A DNA stretch of 64,000 nucleotides, taken from positions 96,001 to 160,000 of the forward strand of contig JAEOUA010000012.1 of assembly GCA_016839555.1 (NCBI GenBank). The letters are read 5' to 3'. The notes under the pieces were generated by a model. That model searched no databases. It saw nothing but the letters and a program-made list of their open reading frames with translations, and was not told the origin of the DNA. Source of the stretch: Promethearchaeota archaeon (GTDB lineage: Archaea; Asgardarchaeota; Lokiarchaeia; Sigyniarchaeales; SOKP01). The position numbers and the translations under genes were made by a program. Below are positions 1 through 10,631 of the stretch, one piece after another (the first letter of the stretch is position 1; each line of letters begins with the position of its first letter).

Positions 1-95
1 AAGAAATTAAAATGCTCAGTAAAAAAGCATTCGATATTGCGAAAGATCTTCGAAGTCAATTAAATCTTTGGCAATATGCTACTAAAATTGAATAA
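1..95 (+). CDS. 3' end of a CDS running in from the window edge (..EIKMLSKKAFDIAKDLRSQLNLWQYATKIE*)
   Basis: Open frame from base 3 to TAA at 93-95, followed by a T-tract; product not identifiable. Confidence 0.55.
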   Translation, partial: EIKMLSKKAFDIAKDLRSQLNLWQYATKIE

Positions 96-177
96 TTTTT
101 TTTTGATTATTATTTTGTTTTATTAATCTATTAATTCTTCATTTTATTGGAATTAATTAGAAAAAATTATATTCTTT

Positions 178-1140
178 TCATTTTTTTCGTAATGTTTCGA
201 AAGTTCCATATCCCCCTGAAAGATCATTAAGTTGAAATGATCCTATTGATTGAATCAAAATAGATTCATCACCCTCCTTTGTTTTAAAGGGAACAGGGAT
301 GATAGGGCCTGTTTGTGCTTTTAAGATATATTTTTCATTATTGAAGTCAATTAATTCCAACTCTGAACTTATTGGCATAATATTGTCTTTTCTGAACTGC
401 TGATCGAGAATCTTAATCGTTTTTAAAGGGATATTTTGTCCATTTTTGAAAATAAATCCTCCCGTAGACAGCCTTCCGTCATCAGATATTATCGCAGCAG
501 GATTAACCGCTAAATTTTCATTAAACCATATTACATAATATAACCAATTTCCCACTCCTGTCCAATCCCTTACACCATACGTATGATCCCTTTGTCCTAT
601 AATATCCTTGAAAGTATAACTTTTTTCTCCGATTTTTAAAATTCCAGAAATCTTCGCTATTTGCTCCCAATGTTTATCGCCTGCCTTTTTTCCTAGTTCT
701 AAAGATTCTTTTGACATATATTCACTATATTCGTATACCTCATTAATTGGATTAAAAGTTAAATCCATCTCAACTTTTTTTACTCCCTCAATTAATTGAG
801 GATTCTGACGGACATCCGGTAAATCTCCGGGATTTTTTACAATGATTAAATTTCCCTGGAACTTGTAATTCCATGTGCCGTTGTTATTCCATTGATGAGT
901 CATTCCAGCAACCGTTAGAGCTTCATTAAACTCTTTGATTTTTTTCTCTTGAAAATACCCTCCCGCAGAACCGTCAGGAAGAAACAGAAATAAAAAAGTC
1001 ATACCCTCTTGCTTATTTGGCTTGAATCCTAAACGAGAAACACCGCCTATTTTCTTATCCTTTGAATAAAATGCCAAATAATAAGATTCATTCCATTCTG
1101 GATGGTCATTAATCTGTTCGGGATGTATAATTTTTTCCAT
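178..1140 (-). CDS. Uncharacterised beta-rich protein, AttH/CrtC/tocopherol-cyclase-like (DUF7064/7065-like)
   Basis: WNESYY at the N-terminus, HWEQ and GQRDHTYGVRDW motifs; family name from recall. Confidence 0.55.
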   Translation of the reverse strand: MEKIIHPEQINDHPEWNESYYLAFYSKDKKIGGVSRLGFKPNKQEGMTFLFLFLPDGSAGGYFQEKKIKEFNEALTVAGMTHQWNNNGTWNYKFQGNLIIVKNPGDLPDVRQNPQLIEGVKKVEMDLTFNPINEVYEYSEYMSKESLELGKKAGDKHWEQIAKISGILKIGEKSYTFKDIIGQRDHTYGVRDWTGVGNWLYYVIWFNENLAVNPAAIISDDGRLSTGGFIFKNGQNIPLKTIKILDQQFRKDNIMPISSELELIDFNNEKYILKAQTGPIIPVPFKTKEGDESILIQSIGSFQLNDLSGGYGTFETLRKK

Positions 1141-1250
1141 AACAAAATCTCCATATTATCTCATAGAGGTAAGAACTATTCAATAATTTATATATTCAAA
1201 TGATGAGATCTTATTAAATCAATTTAATTAGGAAAAGTAAAAATAAAGAC

Positions 1251-3947
1251 TCATTTTATTCTAATCTGACCATCATATCCATTAATTTGGACCATTTGAC
1301 CGGTTTTGAATAATCTGCAAGCATTCGGAATGTTGGTCACCGCGGGGATTCCGTATTCGCGAGAAACAACCGCCCCATGCGATAAAATTCCTCCCGTCTC
1401 TGTAATTAATCCCCCTATTTTACTGAAAACGGTAGTCCATCCCGGATCTGTTCTCGGTACTACTAAAATCTCGTTTACCTGAACTTTTGGAATATCTTCG
1501 ATCTTTTGCAAGACGCGAATAAGACCTGTGACCAATCCTTGACTTGCCGCTATCCCTTGAAATACTTTACTACTTTCTTTGAAGTCTAGAGTATCATTAT
1601 ACTCCCTGTCACCAATTATAAATTTGGGAGGTAATTTGTTTTCATATTCAAAAAATTCTTTTTTTCTCTCGTTTATCATTGGTTTATATTTGTTAATTTG
1701 GGGGGAAGATATACCCTTTTCTATAATCTCCCTAATTTCCCTTTTTCGCAAAAAGAAAATATCAATGGGGTCATCAAGAAGATCTTTTTGCTGAAAAATC
1801 TCCCCAATATCCATAAACACCTTTCTATTGCGAGCGATCCATTTATCCAGATTATATCTCTGATTTTCCCGAAAGATAATATATCTTCTGCTAAAATTTA
1901 ATATAATAGATAAGATTTTCCATTTTAGATACCCCAAAAACTGAGACCTGATTTTTTTTTCCACTCGTCTTTCAATCAATTTTTTGAATTTTTCATTTTT
2001 TGCCTTTATTTTGTTTAATTTCTCTTCCTCCTCCGTTAGGAGGGATTGGATAATATCAAATACATATTCAGGAGCATCAGACCAGCGTGGATAATATGAC
2101 TCTCTCGTAAATCCCCTATCGCCTTGCTCTTTAATAAATTTATTAAATCGTTCCAGAAAGAGATTGATTTCTGGCTCCCGCTCTTCTAATAATCGCTGAT
2201 AAAGGTTTTTAGAATCTGTATTGAGAATAATAGATTTTAATTTTTCATCCTTTTGAGCGCTTATGGCAAGTTTATGTAATTGTTCATTTGTTTCGGTAAG
2301 TTTGTGATTTAATCCAGAGATTAAAATAGGGTAATATTTTACTGCATCTTCCTTTCCAATGAATCTTTTAAGGAGATATTGGACCATCAAATTCATACCG
2401 ATATTGTGGACAGGGATTCCATATCGAACTAATTTAAAATGATCTACCATTTTCTCATCTAAAGAGTTGGCTAATTCAAAAAGACTCTTGGCATCTCCCT
2501 TCTTATCTAACTTTTTCAACTCAGCATCAAAGAAGTCGCAAAATGGATTAAATTCTTCCTTGGTCCACTTTTCATACACCTTGTCGGTTTTCGTCATAGA
2601 TCCATTAGGATCGAAGATCCTGACCCGTAATTCTGCCACAATTCGATTTATTAAATGAAATGGTAAATCTTTTATGGTTTTTTTTCCAAATGGTCCTGCG
2701 CCTTTAGGAAAATAATTCAACACATCTTCATTACGCACAAATGTTGGAATTTCATTTTCTACCTTACGTTTTAAGACATTTAAATTAAAATATACATGTC
2801 CGTTATGGAGCTTTAGTAAGTTCGCCTGCATTTCTTTATAGCCCATTATTGAATTAAGGTGAATATTTACCACTTTCGTGAGCTGATCGCCAAGCAGATC
2901 GAAGAATAATGGGGTGACATTGTCATTCCAATAATCATCAGAATAGCCGCGCGAGAAAAGAATATCTTCTTCTTTCTTAAAAGAAGTTATTGGCCGTGAT
3001 TGTAATATAACAATTTGATTGGATTCTTCAATAGCCCATTCTATATCTTGTGGGGATTTGAAAGCCTGTTCAATATTAGCTCCTACTTCAGCAAGGTTTA
3101 ATATATCAGTATCCGTTAAAGAGGGTTCCGACCACTCATCTTCGGATAATCGAACCTTTTGTGTTCCACATTCATTCTCTACATCAGTGGGTTGGATAAT
3201 ATATTGTTTTCTCCCAATTTTTTTATTTAAAATCTCAAAAGAAGGGGTTTTTTTCTGCGTTTGTTTTAAAGTGAATTGATCTGGAGAACTAATTCCTCCC
3301 ACTACAGATTCACCCAACCCAAAATTAGATTCAATAAGCATTTCTGAGATTTCTGCTGAAAGCGGATTTTTGGTGAATAGAACGCCAGCAGCTTTAGCAG
3401 GAACCATTTTTTGGATAATAACCGCAATTTGAGCATTTTCATATGGGATATTATTTTTTAGTCTATATGCTATTGCTCTAGTTGTCCAGAGTGATGCATA
3501 GCATTCTTTAATATGATATATGATATCTTCAATACTTTTTAAATTCAGATAGGAATCATATTGTCCCGCAAAAGACGCAGATTCCAAATCTTCTGCGTTT
3601 GCTGAAGATCTCACGACATAACTATCGCAGGATAATGATTTATATACATTTTCAATTTCTGCCAATATTTCTCGAGGAATATCACCATTTTTAATGGCGG
3701 TTTGGATTTTTGCTGTAAATTTTTCAAGATTTTGATATTCAGAATCTTTAATCTCATATAAGGTGGTTTTAATAATATCATCGAGATCATTTTCCTTTAT
3801 AAATTTAGTATAGGCGTCTGTTGTAATACAAAAACCTTCAGGTACATTAAACTTATGTTTTATTAATTTTGCTAAATTGAAACCTTTTCCGCCTACTTTT
3901 CCACCTATTTGTTCATTAACACTATTTAAATTGATTGCGAAACCCAT
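1251..3947 (-). CDS. PEP-synthase-like / rifampicin-phosphotransferase-type phosphotransferase (ATP-grasp + central substrate domain + phospho-His domain)
   Basis: VGGKGFNL, VRSSANAED, SFAGQY, PQDIEWA, LQSRPIT; C-terminal TDPGWT..GGILSHGAVVSREYGIPAV. Confidence 0.85.
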   Translation of the reverse strand: MGFAINLNSVNEQIGGKVGGKGFNLAKLIKHKFNVPEGFCITTDAYTKFIKENDLDDIIKTTLYEIKDSEYQNLEKFTAKIQTAIKNGDIPREILAEIENVYKSLSCDSYVVRSSANAEDLESASFAGQYDSYLNLKSIEDIIYHIKECYASLWTTRAIAYRLKNNIPYENAQIAVIIQKMVPAKAAGVLFTKNPLSAEISEMLIESNFGLGESVVGGISSPDQFTLKQTQKKTPSFEILNKKIGRKQYIIQPTDVENECGTQKVRLSEDEWSEPSLTDTDILNLAEVGANIEQAFKSPQDIEWAIEESNQIVILQSRPITSFKKEEDILFSRGYSDDYWNDNVTPLFFDLLGDQLTKVVNIHLNSIMGYKEMQANLLKLHNGHVYFNLNVLKRKVENEIPTFVRNEDVLNYFPKGAGPFGKKTIKDLPFHLINRIVAELRVRIFDPNGSMTKTDKVYEKWTKEEFNPFCDFFDAELKKLDKKGDAKSLFELANSLDEKMVDHFKLVRYGIPVHNIGMNLMVQYLLKRFIGKEDAVKYYPILISGLNHKLTETNEQLHKLAISAQKDEKLKSIILNTDSKNLYQRLLEEREPEINLFLERFNKFIKEQGDRGFTRESYYPRWSDAPEYVFDIIQSLLTEEEEKLNKIKAKNEKFKKLIERRVEKKIRSQFLGYLKWKILSIILNFSRRYIIFRENQRYNLDKWIARNRKVFMDIGEIFQQKDLLDDPIDIFFLRKREIREIIEKGISSPQINKYKPMINERKKEFFEYENKLPPKFIIGDREYNDTLDFKESSKVFQGIAASQGLVTGLIRVLQKIEDIPKVQVNEILVVPRTDPGWTTVFSKIGGLITETGGILSHGAVVSREYGIPAVTNIPNACRLFKTGQMVQINGYDGQIRIK

Positions 3948-4233
3948 GATACATCAACTAGTTTAACTTTAATATATAAATTTATGAAATATTTTTTTTT
4001 ATTCAAAATCAATTTAGAATTCTTTCCATATAAAACTTATATTTTATTTGATTAAAATCATTATTTATTTGTTCCTAGAAGTATTTATCAAAATCTTATT
4101 ATTGAAATTATTAACGATCGGAAAAATTCTCAAAAATAAAGAATAGGATTCATTAAAATTCATTAAAATTTTATTTTATCTTTTCTTTTATACAACTAAG
4201 TAATAATATTATTGAAAATAAGTGAGATTTATT

Positions 4234-4533
4234 ATGGGACACAAAACGAAAAAAGTCGACATTACGGGGCGCTATGGGGCTCGTTATGGTGCAGTAAATA
4301 GGAAAAGGGCTCGAGATGTATTAGTCAAAATGAAAAGTAAATACATCATTTGTCCACAATGTAAAACAAAAGGCTCTGTTCATAGAATCTCCACAGGAAT
4401 TTGGTATTGTAGAAAATGTAAATCAAAATTCACTGGAGGAGCATATACCACTACAACATTACGGGGTTTGGAATCATTCAGAGTTTCTAAGCGAAAACAG
4501 CGTGAGATTGAATTAATTGAAGAGGAAGAATGA
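4234..4533 (+). CDS. rpl37ae: 50S ribosomal protein L37Ae (eL43)
   Basis: GRYGARYG, CPQC..GIWYCRKC zinc ribbon, FTGGAY; ATG at 4234 preferred over GTG at 4222. Confidence 0.96.
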   Translation: MGHKTKKVDITGRYGARYGAVNRKRARDVLVKMKSKYIICPQCKTKGSVHRISTGIWYCRKCKSKFTGGAYTTTTLRGLESFRVSKRKQREIELIEEEE

Positions 4534-4796
4534 ATAAATCTAATTTTTTTTCTCTCAAATCGTCAGTAGAATTTACTTTTGATGATCCTAAAATGAGAGA
4601 TTATTGCTATAACAGTTTTCTACCGGAATATGAGAAATTTACCAGTAAACGCTCAAAAATCATTATGAAAAAAGAAGGCAATAATATTCTCCATTTTATA
4701 ATTGAGAGCAAAGATATTACAGCATTTCGAGCATCAATAAATGATATTATAAGTTTCGGAAAAATAATAGAGAATGTCTCAATATTAACTAAATAG
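4530..4796 (+). CDS. pcc1: KEOPS complex subunit Pcc1
   Basis: IESKDITAFRASIN motif, size, conserved position between rpl37ae and prefoldin beta. Confidence 0.85.
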   Translation: MNKSNFFSLKSSVEFTFDDPKMRDYCYNSFLPEYEKFTSKRSKIIMKKEGNNILHFIIESKDITAFRASINDIISFGKIIENVSILTK

Positions 4797-4805
4797 TGTT
4801 CTTAT

Positions 4806-4825
4806 AGGCTTTAGAGCCTTTTTTT
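4806..4825 (+). terminator. Short hairpin plus T-tract after pcc1
   Basis: AGGCT-TTAG-AGCCT followed by a T run. Confidence 0.45.
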
Positions 4826-4930
4826 GGAAGAAGCTCTAAAAAAAAATTAATAAAATATAGAAAAAAATATTTTATTGACTTATAAACTTTTATAATTATA
4901 AACTTTTTAACAAAGGAAAAAGGAAAAGAT

Positions 4931-5296
4931 ATGACAATTAATTTTGATAAATTGGACGATGATTTAAAGAATAAGATTCAGCAGTTTCAGCAAATACAAA
5001 CCAATCTTGAATACATTATCAATCAGAGGCTACAATTAGAGACAAGATTACGAGAAACTGAATTAGCTGTGGAAGAATTAGAAAAGACGGGATCCGATGA
5101 GATTATCTATAAATCGATCGGTGGAATTATGGTGAAAAGCGAGCGAGATAAATTGTTAGCAGAGAAAAAGAGCCAAAAGACCAGTTTAGAAATGAAAATA
5201 AAGACATTAAAAAGTAAAGAAGAAAGAGCTCGTGGACAAATCGAGAATGTGAGTAAATCAATTCAATCAGATCTCCAACAAAAGCAATCCATGTAA
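4931..5296 (+). CDS. pfdB: Prefoldin beta subunit
   Basis: Coiled coil - IYKSIGGIMVK hairpin - coiled coil; conserved gene order. Confidence 0.93.
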   Translation: MTINFDKLDDDLKNKIQQFQQIQTNLEYIINQRLQLETRLRETELAVEELEKTGSDEIIYKSIGGIMVKSERDKLLAEKKSQKTSLEMKIKTLKSKEERARGQIENVSKSIQSDLQQKQSM

Positions 5297-5298
5297 GT

Positions 5299-6315
5299 AT
5301 GTTTCGATCAAAAATCCAATCTTATTTAAATTCTTTAAAAGGTAAAACAATTTTAATTACTACTCATGAATTAGCAGATTTAGATGGAGTTTCTTCATCA
5401 ATCGCTTTAAATTTTTTTTTAAAAAAATTAGTAAATGATATAAAAACTATTATTTATTTTTCTGGAATTTCGAAAAGAACAGAGCTTTTCTTGGAAAGAT
5501 TAAAGCAAAAATTTCCAGAATTTAATCCTATATTCGCAGAGTCATTTGAAAATAATAGTATTGATGTTTTTTTTATTTTAGATACCAATAAACTAAGTAA
5601 TGTGGATGAATTTCTGAAACTTAATCAAATCCAAAGAGAGCAACGTCATTTCTTTTTTATTGATCATCATTTTTCAGATGAAATGACCATAAATTCTAAA
5701 GAAAATATACAGGGAATTTGCTTAGATGAATATAGTTCGACTTGTGAAATTATTTTTGATCTTTTTGAAGAGTTCAAAGTATCATTTATAGATCCTATTA
5801 GATTTCTATTAATTGCTGGAATAATTACTGATTCTGGATATCTTAAATTTGCAAATAATCATACGATACAGGCGCTTGCAAAATTATTAAATGATAATAT
5901 AGAATATCAAGAACTCCGATTAATGCTCAAAACTGAGCCAGATATCTCCGAAAAAATTGCTCAAATAAAGGGCACTCAGAGAGCTGAAATGATAAAAGTC
6001 AAAAAATGGCTTATTGGTGTGTCTCAAGTAAGTAGTTTCGAGGCAAGTGCTGCAAATATATTAATTAAAATAGGATTTGATGTGGCAATGGTTATTTCAG
6101 AAAGAAAAGATGAATACAGAATTAGCGTCCGCGCTAAAAAGAGAGTTTGCCGAAAAACAGGATTACATTTAGGAAAGTTATTAGAAGAAATCTCGAGAGA
6201 TTATAATGCGAATGGAGGAGGTCATGATGGAGCAGCTTCCATTAATATAGCTAAAGAAGAGGGAACCCTTAAAGACGTCATTTTAGATAAAATTAAAGAA
6301 AATTTAAGTAAATAG
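5299..6315 (+). CDS. DHH/DHHA1 family phosphoesterase
   Basis: THELADLDG, LDT, IDHH, GIITDSG, GGGHDGAA. Confidence 0.9.
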   Translation: MFRSKIQSYLNSLKGKTILITTHELADLDGVSSSIALNFFLKKLVNDIKTIIYFSGISKRTELFLERLKQKFPEFNPIFAESFENNSIDVFFILDTNKLSNVDEFLKLNQIQREQRHFFFIDHHFSDEMTINSKENIQGICLDEYSSTCEIIFDLFEEFKVSFIDPIRFLLIAGIITDSGYLKFANNHTIQALAKLLNDNIEYQELRLMLKTEPDISEKIAQIKGTQRAEMIKVKKWLIGVSQVSSFEASAANILIKIGFDVAMVISERKDEYRISVRAKKRVCRKTGLHLGKLLEEISRDYNANGGGHDGAASINIAKEEGTLKDVILDKIKENLSK

Positions 6316-6370
6316 TAATTATTAATAATTATTAATTATTCAATACAAATCAAATGGCTTTTTTTTATCT

Positions 6371-7210
6371 ATGGCATTAATAACCTTTCAAAATTTTTCT
6401 TTTCGATATAAAAGAAGCGATATTTACGCGCTTAAAAACATTAATTTAGAAATAGAAACTAATGAATTCATTCTTTTGGCCGGCGAAACGGGTTCTGGAA
6501 AAACGACTTTAATTAGATGTATGAATGGATTGATCCCCCAATTTTATTCAGGGTATTATAAAGGGAAAATATTAGTTAATGGCAACGATACTACTAAAAT
6601 TTCCATAGCAGATTTATCTACGATTGTTGGAATTGTTTTTCAAACTCCAGAAAATCAACTTATTGCTATGAACGTAGAGTATGAAATAGCCTTTGGTATG
6701 GAAAATTTGGGTGTCCCAAGGGAATTAATTAAAGAAAAACTCGAGGAAGTTATTCGTTTAACTGAAATAGAAAATATTTTAGATAGAGCACCATTCGAAA
6801 TAAGTGGAGGAGAACAGCAAAGAGTCGCTATAGCTTCTATACTCGCCTTAGAACCTGAAATTCTTATTCTTGATGAACCTACAGCAAATTTAGATCCATT
6901 TTTTGCGGGAAAAATATTAAAACTCTTAAAAAAAATTCAGATAGAAAAAAAAATTACAATCATAATAATTGAACATCGTTTAGATTTGGTACTTCCATTT
7001 GTTGATGAAATAATTTTAATGAAAGAGGGAGAAATCTTACAAAAAGATGATAAGCAAAAAGTAATCAATGGTCCTATTTTTAAAAATTTAAATATCAATA
7101 AACCTTTGATATATTCCATATTTCTTCAATTAAAAGAAAATGATTTAATTAAAGAACCAATTCCCGTAAGTATACAAGAAGCGATCAATTTAATTAAACA
7201 AAAATTATAG
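6371..7210 (+). CDS. ecfA1: ECF transporter ATPase (EcfA1)
   Basis: GETGSGKT, ISGGEQQR, LDEPTANLDP, IEHR. Confidence 0.9.
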   Translation: MALITFQNFSFRYKRSDIYALKNINLEIETNEFILLAGETGSGKTTLIRCMNGLIPQFYSGYYKGKILVNGNDTTKISIADLSTIVGIVFQTPENQLIAMNVEYEIAFGMENLGVPRELIKEKLEEVIRLTEIENILDRAPFEISGGEQQRVAIASILALEPEILILDEPTANLDPFFAGKILKLLKKIQIEKKITIIIIEHRLDLVLPFVDEIILMKEGEILQKDDKQKVINGPIFKNLNINKPLIYSIFLQLKENDLIKEPIPVSIQEAINLIKQKL

Positions 7211-8062
7211 GTGATTATAGTGTCTGAGCCATTACCTCTTATTATAATGAATAATGTAAGCTATACTTATCCTAATGGAACTCAAGCGTTAAAAAATATC
7301 AGTTTAAATGTAAATTCTGGGGAAATTGTCGGAATAATGGGAAGTAATGGAGCAGGAAAGACCACGTTAATAAGAACGCTAAATGGATTGATACAACCAC
7401 AAAAAGGATTAATATTCATAGAAAACGGAAATATAAAATCAAAAACTATAGCCGAATTATCTACTTTTGTTGGTATAGTTTTCCAAAATCCCGAACATCA
7501 ATTATTTTCGAATAGTGTTCAAGAAGAAATAAAATTTTCTCTAAAAAATATTTATCCAGAGAATAAAATTCAAGAAAAAATAGATGAAACCTTAAGCATA
7601 TTTCAATTTGAAAAATATAAAGAAAAATCTCCATTGAATTTATCAGGAGGAGAGAAAAAAAAATTAGCATTAGCATCAATAATGTGTCGCAATCCAAAAA
7701 TCTTAATTTTTGATGAACCAACACTGGGACAAGATAAAAATGAAATAAATTTTCTGATTAATTTACTTGAGGAAGAGAAAAAAAAGAAAAAGACTATAAT
7801 TATTGTCACACATAATATAGAATTTGCCTATAAGCATATCCCTCGAATAATCTTAATGGCAGAGGGCAGAATCCTTGCGGATGGTCCAACCCATAAAATC
7901 TTATCTAATAAAAAATTACTAAAAAAAGCCTCCTTAATCTTACCTCAATTAATTGAACTAAAATCAACTCTTAAAACGATAGGTTTGGATATCCCAGAGA
8001 AAATTTACACACAAGAAGCCATAACAGCATTTTTAATGGATTATTTTAAAAAAAAATACTAA
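7211..8062 (+). CDS. ecfA2: ECF transporter ATPase (EcfA2)
   Basis: GSNGAGKT, FQNPEHQLF, LSGGEKKK, FDEPTLGQD. Confidence 0.9.
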   Translation: MIIVSEPLPLIIMNNVSYTYPNGTQALKNISLNVNSGEIVGIMGSNGAGKTTLIRTLNGLIQPQKGLIFIENGNIKSKTIAELSTFVGIVFQNPEHQLFSNSVQEEIKFSLKNIYPENKIQEKIDETLSIFQFEKYKEKSPLNLSGGEKKKLALASIMCRNPKILIFDEPTLGQDKNEINFLINLLEEEKKKKKTIIIVTHNIEFAYKHIPRIILMAEGRILADGPTHKILSNKKLLKKASLILPQLIELKSTLKTIGLDIPEKIYTQEAITAFLMDYFKKKY

Positions 8063-8077
8063 AAAGAAGGAAACACA

Positions 8078-8845
8078 ATGTCATTTAAATTTTTGGAAGC
8101 TTTTAGATTTTTAAAAAAAGATGCATTTTTACATAATCTTGATCCTCGGGTAAAATTATTTTTAGCCCTAATCTATACAATCTGCTCACTTTTATTTACA
8201 AATATAATCCCACTCTTATTGCTTTTTCTCACTCTTTTTCCATTAATTTTATTTGGAAGACTTTTTAGAGAATGGTTTAAAAGTATCCAAGGCTTATCCT
8301 TTCTATTTATATTAATAATCGTGCTTAATACATTTTTCTTATCATTCTCTTATGCAATAGGAATGATTATAAGAATAATAATTATGATATCATCATTCTC
8401 AATCTTTTTTCTTACAGTTGATCCCAATGAATTAACTTTATCATTAATTTCAATGAAAGTTCCCTTTGAATTTGCGTTTAGTTTTTCTCTTGCATTTCGA
8501 TTTGTGCCGACTATATCCATTGAGGCTCAAAACATTATCGATGCTCAACAGAGTAGAGGATATGAATTAAAAAAAAAAGGTATTATAACGCAAATAAAAA
8601 ATCTTTTTCCCTTATTAATCCCTCTCATTATTTGCTCTGTAAAAAGAGCTTTTAATGTGGCTGAAGCTTTGGAATCTAGAGCTTTTGGAAGTAGAAAAGA
8701 AAGAACTTACTATTTTACGATAAATTATACCTATAAAGATTGGATCATTACCTTCTATTTGTTAATTATATTAATTTTATCTATTTTAATTAAAATATAT
8801 TTTAATTTTATGCCTGATTGGTTCAGCTGGAAGTTGCCAATATAA
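8078..8845 (+). CDS. ecfT: ECF transporter transmembrane component T
   Basis: LDPRVKL, FRFVPT, AQQSRG, ALESRAF motifs. Confidence 0.92.
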   Translation: MSFKFLEAFRFLKKDAFLHNLDPRVKLFLALIYTICSLLFTNIIPLLLLFLTLFPLILFGRLFREWFKSIQGLSFLFILIIVLNTFFLSFSYAIGMIIRIIIMISSFSIFFLTVDPNELTLSLISMKVPFEFAFSFSLAFRFVPTISIEAQNIIDAQQSRGYELKKKGIITQIKNLFPLLIPLIICSVKRAFNVAEALESRAFGSRKERTYYFTINYTYKDWIITFYLLIILILSILIKIYFNFMPDWFSWKLPI

Positions 8846-8846
8846 T

Positions 8847-9494
8847 ATGATAAAACAAAATTTCTTCTTTTCAGAGCATGACTTAAGATTCACCATTATT
8901 GCTAATACAATAGAATTAAAAGAACAAAAAACCTCACTTGATCAATTGTTTGATATTTTAGAAGGGCTTCAAAATAAATATCTTAAGGCTGTAATTCAAT
9001 TTTTTAATCCTCAATATTTAATGGATAAAAATCATCTTTTTTATGCGATATATTTTACTCTAAAAGCATTTAAATATAAAAAAAATATTTCTCAAAAACC
9101 CAGCATAGAATTCTTATTATATTTATCAGCAAATCGGCAAATTCGAAAGGCTTTTAATTCCTTTGGGATAAAAGAAAACGATTTAAATATGGGAATGTTG
9201 AATTACTGTATCGCAGCAGATGAATCCACAGCTATTAAAATCAATGAAAAATTATTAGATCAATTTAACTTTATAGAGAAAAAGAATGAATATAATGAGA
9301 AATCAAAAAAGAAATATTTTCGATTAAAATATTTCTTTAATTTATCTGATAACCAGATTGATACTAGCTTACATACGTTAGGAGTTAAAAATACATTAGA
9401 TCCAAATAAAGCAGAAAATTTGAAACTTCTTTTTCAAGCGTTATCTGATTTAATAGTCGAGAAAATGGCTTTATTAAGCTTAGAAAACTATTAG
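8847..9494 (+). CDS. cgi121: KEOPS complex subunit Cgi121
   Basis: HLFYAIYFTLKAF..NIS..SIEFLLYLSANRQIRKAF..FGI. Confidence 0.85.
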   Translation: MIKQNFFFSEHDLRFTIIANTIELKEQKTSLDQLFDILEGLQNKYLKAVIQFFNPQYLMDKNHLFYAIYFTLKAFKYKKNISQKPSIEFLLYLSANRQIRKAFNSFGIKENDLNMGMLNYCIAADESTAIKINEKLLDQFNFIEKKNEYNEKSKKKYFRLKYFFNLSDNQIDTSLHTLGVKNTLDPNKAENLKLLFQALSDLIVEKMALLSLENY

Positions 9495-9601
9495 AACGTA
9501 AAAAAATAATTTAGAAATTCCTAAAAAGAATCTATATTTAAATAAAAGTTTAATATTTTAAAAAAATCAAATTATAAAAAAAAATTAAATTTTGAATTTC
9601 A

Positions 9602-10078
9602 ATGAAGAGTTTAATTGTATTCTATACTAGGACAGGAAATACAAAAAAAATTGCAGAATTGATAGCTAAAAGCCTTAATGCTGATTTAGATGAAATAATT
9701 GACCCAAAAAAGCGACTCGGAATCTTTGGATTCCTAAAAGCTGGATATGAAGCCACTATGAAAAAACTGACTGAGATCAAAGGAATTGAAAAAGATCCAT
9801 CGGATTATAAGCTTCTTGTTTTAGGTTCGCCAATCTGGAATAAACGAATGACCCCGGCACTCAGAACATATATCACAAGATATAAAGAAAAATTTAGTAA
9901 AATCGCAATATTTTGCTCCGCAGGTGGAAGGGGTGAAGAGCAAATGCTTGATAGTATTGCAGAATTATGTAATAAGAAACCCGTTGCGATGAAGGTATTT
10001 CTTGATAAGGATTTTGAACAGAATTTTGTGGAAAACAAGGTTGAACAATTTGTTAACGCAATTAAATCTAATTTTTAA
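9602..10078 (+). CDS. Flavodoxin-like protein
   Basis: YTRTGNTKKIA FMN-binding loop, LGSPIW. Confidence 0.88.
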   Translation: MKSLIVFYTRTGNTKKIAELIAKSLNADLDEIIDPKKRLGIFGFLKAGYEATMKKLTEIKGIEKDPSDYKLLVLGSPIWNKRMTPALRTYITRYKEKFSKIAIFCSAGGRGEEQMLDSIAELCNKKPVAMKVFLDKDFEQNFVENKVEQFVNAIKSNF

Positions 10079-10583
10079 GATTGCGATTCGTGGTTCTTAT
10101 TATATCCCCTTGTTCTAAAAAAGAGATACCACATACAGTATCCAACAATTCTATTCTAATTATCTTATCAGGATTTTCGAGATCAACTGGATTATTTAAA
10201 AGATTTGCGACCGTCTCGATTAGTGCATCTCTCTCAATTAATTTATTTTTTCTTCGTTTTAATGTTATTCTAAAAGAATCTTGTCTCTCAATATAAGTGC
10301 TATAATTTTCTTTTACTATTTTTTTTATTAATTCTAAATCTGTTTCACAAATAAACTGTATTGGCACAATTTTTAAAACATATTTAAAGAAATTAGGATC
10401 TTTCTCTAAAATTTCTTTTATTTTCTTTATGATTTCAAGTTCAGGCAAATTAGTGAAAGCAGTAATCAATCCTTGATATTCTAAATTAGAGATCACTGAA
10501 TATTTGTCTCCGCAGATTAATAGAACAAACCACAACTCCGCTTTTGCATCTGTTTCATTAAATCGCGGTGCCGATACCAGCAA
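10068..10583 (-). CDS. THUMP-domain tRNA-binding protein (Tan1-like)
   Basis: LKIVPI, SFRITLKRR, VDLENPDKIIRIE; true start may be upstream (see findings). Confidence 0.85.
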   Translation of the reverse strand: MLVSAPRFNETDAKAELWFVLLICGDKYSVISNLEYQGLITAFTNLPELEIIKKIKEILEKDPNFFKYVLKIVPIQFICETDLELIKKIVKENYSTYIERQDSFRITLKRRKNKLIERDALIETVANLLNNPVDLENPDKIIRIELLDTVCGISFLEQGDIIRTTNRNLKN

Positions 10584-10631
10584 ATTAAAATTTTTCAGAT
10601 TATATCCCCCTTTTCCAAAATTATTAAATAT

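Noticed and set aside
1579-3279. Short + strand ORFs inside the PEP-utilising gene, and similar antisense ORFs throughout the track
   Set aside because: Shadow frames opposite well-supported genes, with no motifs
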